This document shows, piece by piece, positions 62,729-64,000 of a stretch of DNA of 64,000 nt. Source of the stretch: Candidatus Poseidoniaceae archaeon (GTDB lineage Archaea > Thermoplasmatota > Poseidoniia > Poseidoniales > Poseidoniaceae); assembly GCA_030747785.1 (NCBI GenBank), contig JASLKC010000057.1, positions 10,495 to 74,494 on the forward strand, written 5' to 3'. Each line of letters starts with the position of its first letter. Position 1 is the stretch's first letter. Position numbers and translations under genes: made by a program. The notes below the pieces were generated by a model. It was not told the origin of the DNA. It saw only the letters and a program-made list of their open reading frames with translations, and searched no databases.

Positions 62729-63763
62729 TTAGGGCCATGAAACCGGAGTCTGGTCGGTTCTCATTTCTTGGTCAACACCACTTTCCATCAGTTCTGTGCG
62801 GCGTCCATGCTTAATTTCAAGCCACCCAAGACGGGCAATCATTGTGCCATTGTCAATGCAATACATACGTGGTGGAACATGACTCTTTGCTTCTCTTTCG
62901 CTACACATGATTTCACACATATCTCTGAGTCGTTGATTGCATGCAACACCACCGCCAAGTAATACCTCTGATTTGCCAGTGTGAGCAAGTGCTCTTTCCG
63001 CAACCTCGATACTAGCGGCAAATGCATGTTCTTGCAAACTCCAGCATACTGCCTCCAAGGGATTACCTTCGCGAATTAGTCTATTTGCAGCACCAAGAAT
63101 ACCAGAAAATGCAAGATCCATGCCATGAACTGCATATGGTAATTCCAAACCCTCAAGACTAGCATCGGGATGCTTCTTTAGCCACTCAAGAGCCTTTTTT
63201 TCCACAACAGGTCCACCCGGGAAAGGGATGCCCTGGCCCCGTGCAAATTTGTCGAGCATATTTCCAATTCCTATATCCAGAGTTTCACCTAGAACTCTGT
63301 ATCTCCCATCTAAGCGGGCAATAACTTGGGTATTTCCTCCACTGACATATAGGAGGACAGGGTCATCACAACCACATTGTTCTCTACCAATTTCAATGTG
63401 GGCTACGCAATGATTAACTCCAATCAAATCGACATCTAGGTGAGAGGAAATCGCTCTTGCAGCAGCGGCTCCCGTACGAAGACAAGGACCCATCCCAGGT
63501 CCTTGTGAGTATGCAATTGTAGAAAGGTCACTGGATTTGAGGCCTTCACGAACAAGTAGTTCGCTCAATAAGCGTGTAGATTGCTCAACATGGTGGTCTG
63601 CGGCCTCTCTAGGATGAATTCCCCCCTCATCTGGACGTAAAGTATCTGATGATGAAGGCCGCGGTGTCCCATCTGGACCTACTAGGCCAAATGAAAAAGT
63701 ATGGGCTGTGGACTCGATACCAAGTACCCAACCTTCGCCCATGATTGACTTCGCTGTACGCAT
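62729..63763 (-). CDS. kae1: tRNA N6-adenosine threonylcarbamoyltransferase Kae1
   Basis: VLGIESTAHTFSFGLV, NHCVAHIEIG, LYVSGGNTQV and LLGGGVACNQRL. Confidence 0.9.
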   Translation of the reverse strand: MRTAKSIMGEGWVLGIESTAHTFSFGLVGPDGTPRPSSSDTLRPDEGGIHPREAADHHVEQSTRLLSELLVREGLKSSDLSTIAYSQGPGMGPCLRTGAAAARAISSHLDVDLIGVNHCVAHIEIGREQCGCDDPVLLYVSGGNTQVIARLDGRYRVLGETLDIGIGNMLDKFARGQGIPFPGGPVVEKKALEWLKKHPDASLEGLELPYAVHGMDLAFSGILGAANRLIREGNPLEAVCWSLQEHAFAASIEVAERALAHTGKSEVLLGGGVACNQRLRDMCEIMCSEREAKSHVPPRMYCIDNGTMIARLGWLEIKHGRRTELMESGVDQEMRTDQTPVSWP

Positions 63764-63797
63764 ATGCTATCAAACCCGATGCTATCTCGCCAAATAC

Positions 63798-64000
63798 ATG
63801 CAGAGGCTTCTAATCAATGCCGGCCCCATTGTCCACCTTGCGGGGGTGGGCTCCTTATCCGGCCATAGCATGGTCGATGAAGCCCATATTTTGCCCGAAG
63901 GAATGGGCATTTTAATCGATGGTCACACTATTTCAAAAATAGATGCTTCAGATGTCTTGCTTGCAGAATTCTCCGATGCCCTAGTGCATGACCTCGAGGG
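63798..64000 (+). CDS. amidohydrolase-superfamily protein, N-terminal fragment (imidazolonepropionase-like); runs off the window
   Basis: An ATG at 63798 opens a frame to the window end: MQRLLINAGPIVHLAGVGSLSGHSMVDEAHILPEGMGILIDGHTISKID. This is the usual N-terminal beta-sandwich pattern of HutI-like amidohydrolases. Confidence 0.35.
   Translation, partial: MQRLLINAGPIVHLAGVGSLSGHSMVDEAHILPEGMGILIDGHTISKIDASDVLLAEFSDALVHDLE

Noticed and set aside
63764-63786. An 8-bp direct repeat ATGCTATC x2 (63764-63771 and 63779-63786) in the kae1 / amidohydrolase divergent intergenic region.
   Set aside because: It is too short to distinguish from chance and there is no supporting palindrome or conservation information.
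1-64000. A search for mobile elements, integrases/transposases, tRNA-flanked islands, toxin-antitoxin pairs, restriction-modification or other defence genes.
   Set aside because: None of the real ORFs shows DDE, tyrosine/serine recombinase, nuclease-methylase, STAND/AAA defence or Cas motifs. There are no tRNA genes or long direct repeats bounding a segment, so the window reads as core chromosome.

Overview
This is a dense, almost gap-free chromosomal segment that reads as archaeal. My inference, not verifiable here, is a marine planktonic euryarchaeon of the Marine Group II / Poseidoniales type. Archaeal markers: ribosomal proteins eS19, eL39, eL31 and eS17 clustered with a PDCD5-like DNA-binding protein, plus Kae1, archease, a two-domain tRNA-splicing endonuclease, geranylgeranyl reductase and an SRP (7S) RNA carrying the universal helix-8 motif. 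These sit among bacterial-looking metabolic genes: PntAB transhydrogenase, class-2 PyrD, Topo III, methylmalonyl-CoA mutase/epimerase, SHMT, MDH and a preQ0 operon. There are also several giant secreted or membrane-anchored proteins rich in thrombospondin-type-3 (TSP3) Ca-binding repeats. I call 61 protein genes, 1 ncRNA and a few palindromes/hairpins. Three of the protein genes fall below the ORF-track size cut-off: eL39, a ribbon-helix-helix protein and a 2-TM microprotein. Many genes are joined by 1-4 nt start/stop overlaps. I saw no rRNA, tRNA, CRISPR array, transposase/integrase, prophage or recognisable defence island. Most noteworthy: (1) a 1088-aa membrane-anchored coiled-coil protein carrying two copies of a DUF2135/YfaP-like module; (2) a QueC::MsrB fusion in which QueC has lost its Cys4 zinc site, inside a tightly coupled RHH-folE-queE-queC-queD operon whose RHH gene is absent from the ORF track; (3) a lipobox-anchored TSP3-repeat protein fused to a clear PNGase F-like domain; (4) an orphan CcmE-type heme chaperone with the variant CxxxY motif, coupled to pyrD; (5) an endA / wHTH-TerB / PfkB-kinase / archease neighbourhood. 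All functional calls come from motif recognition by eye; no searches were run.
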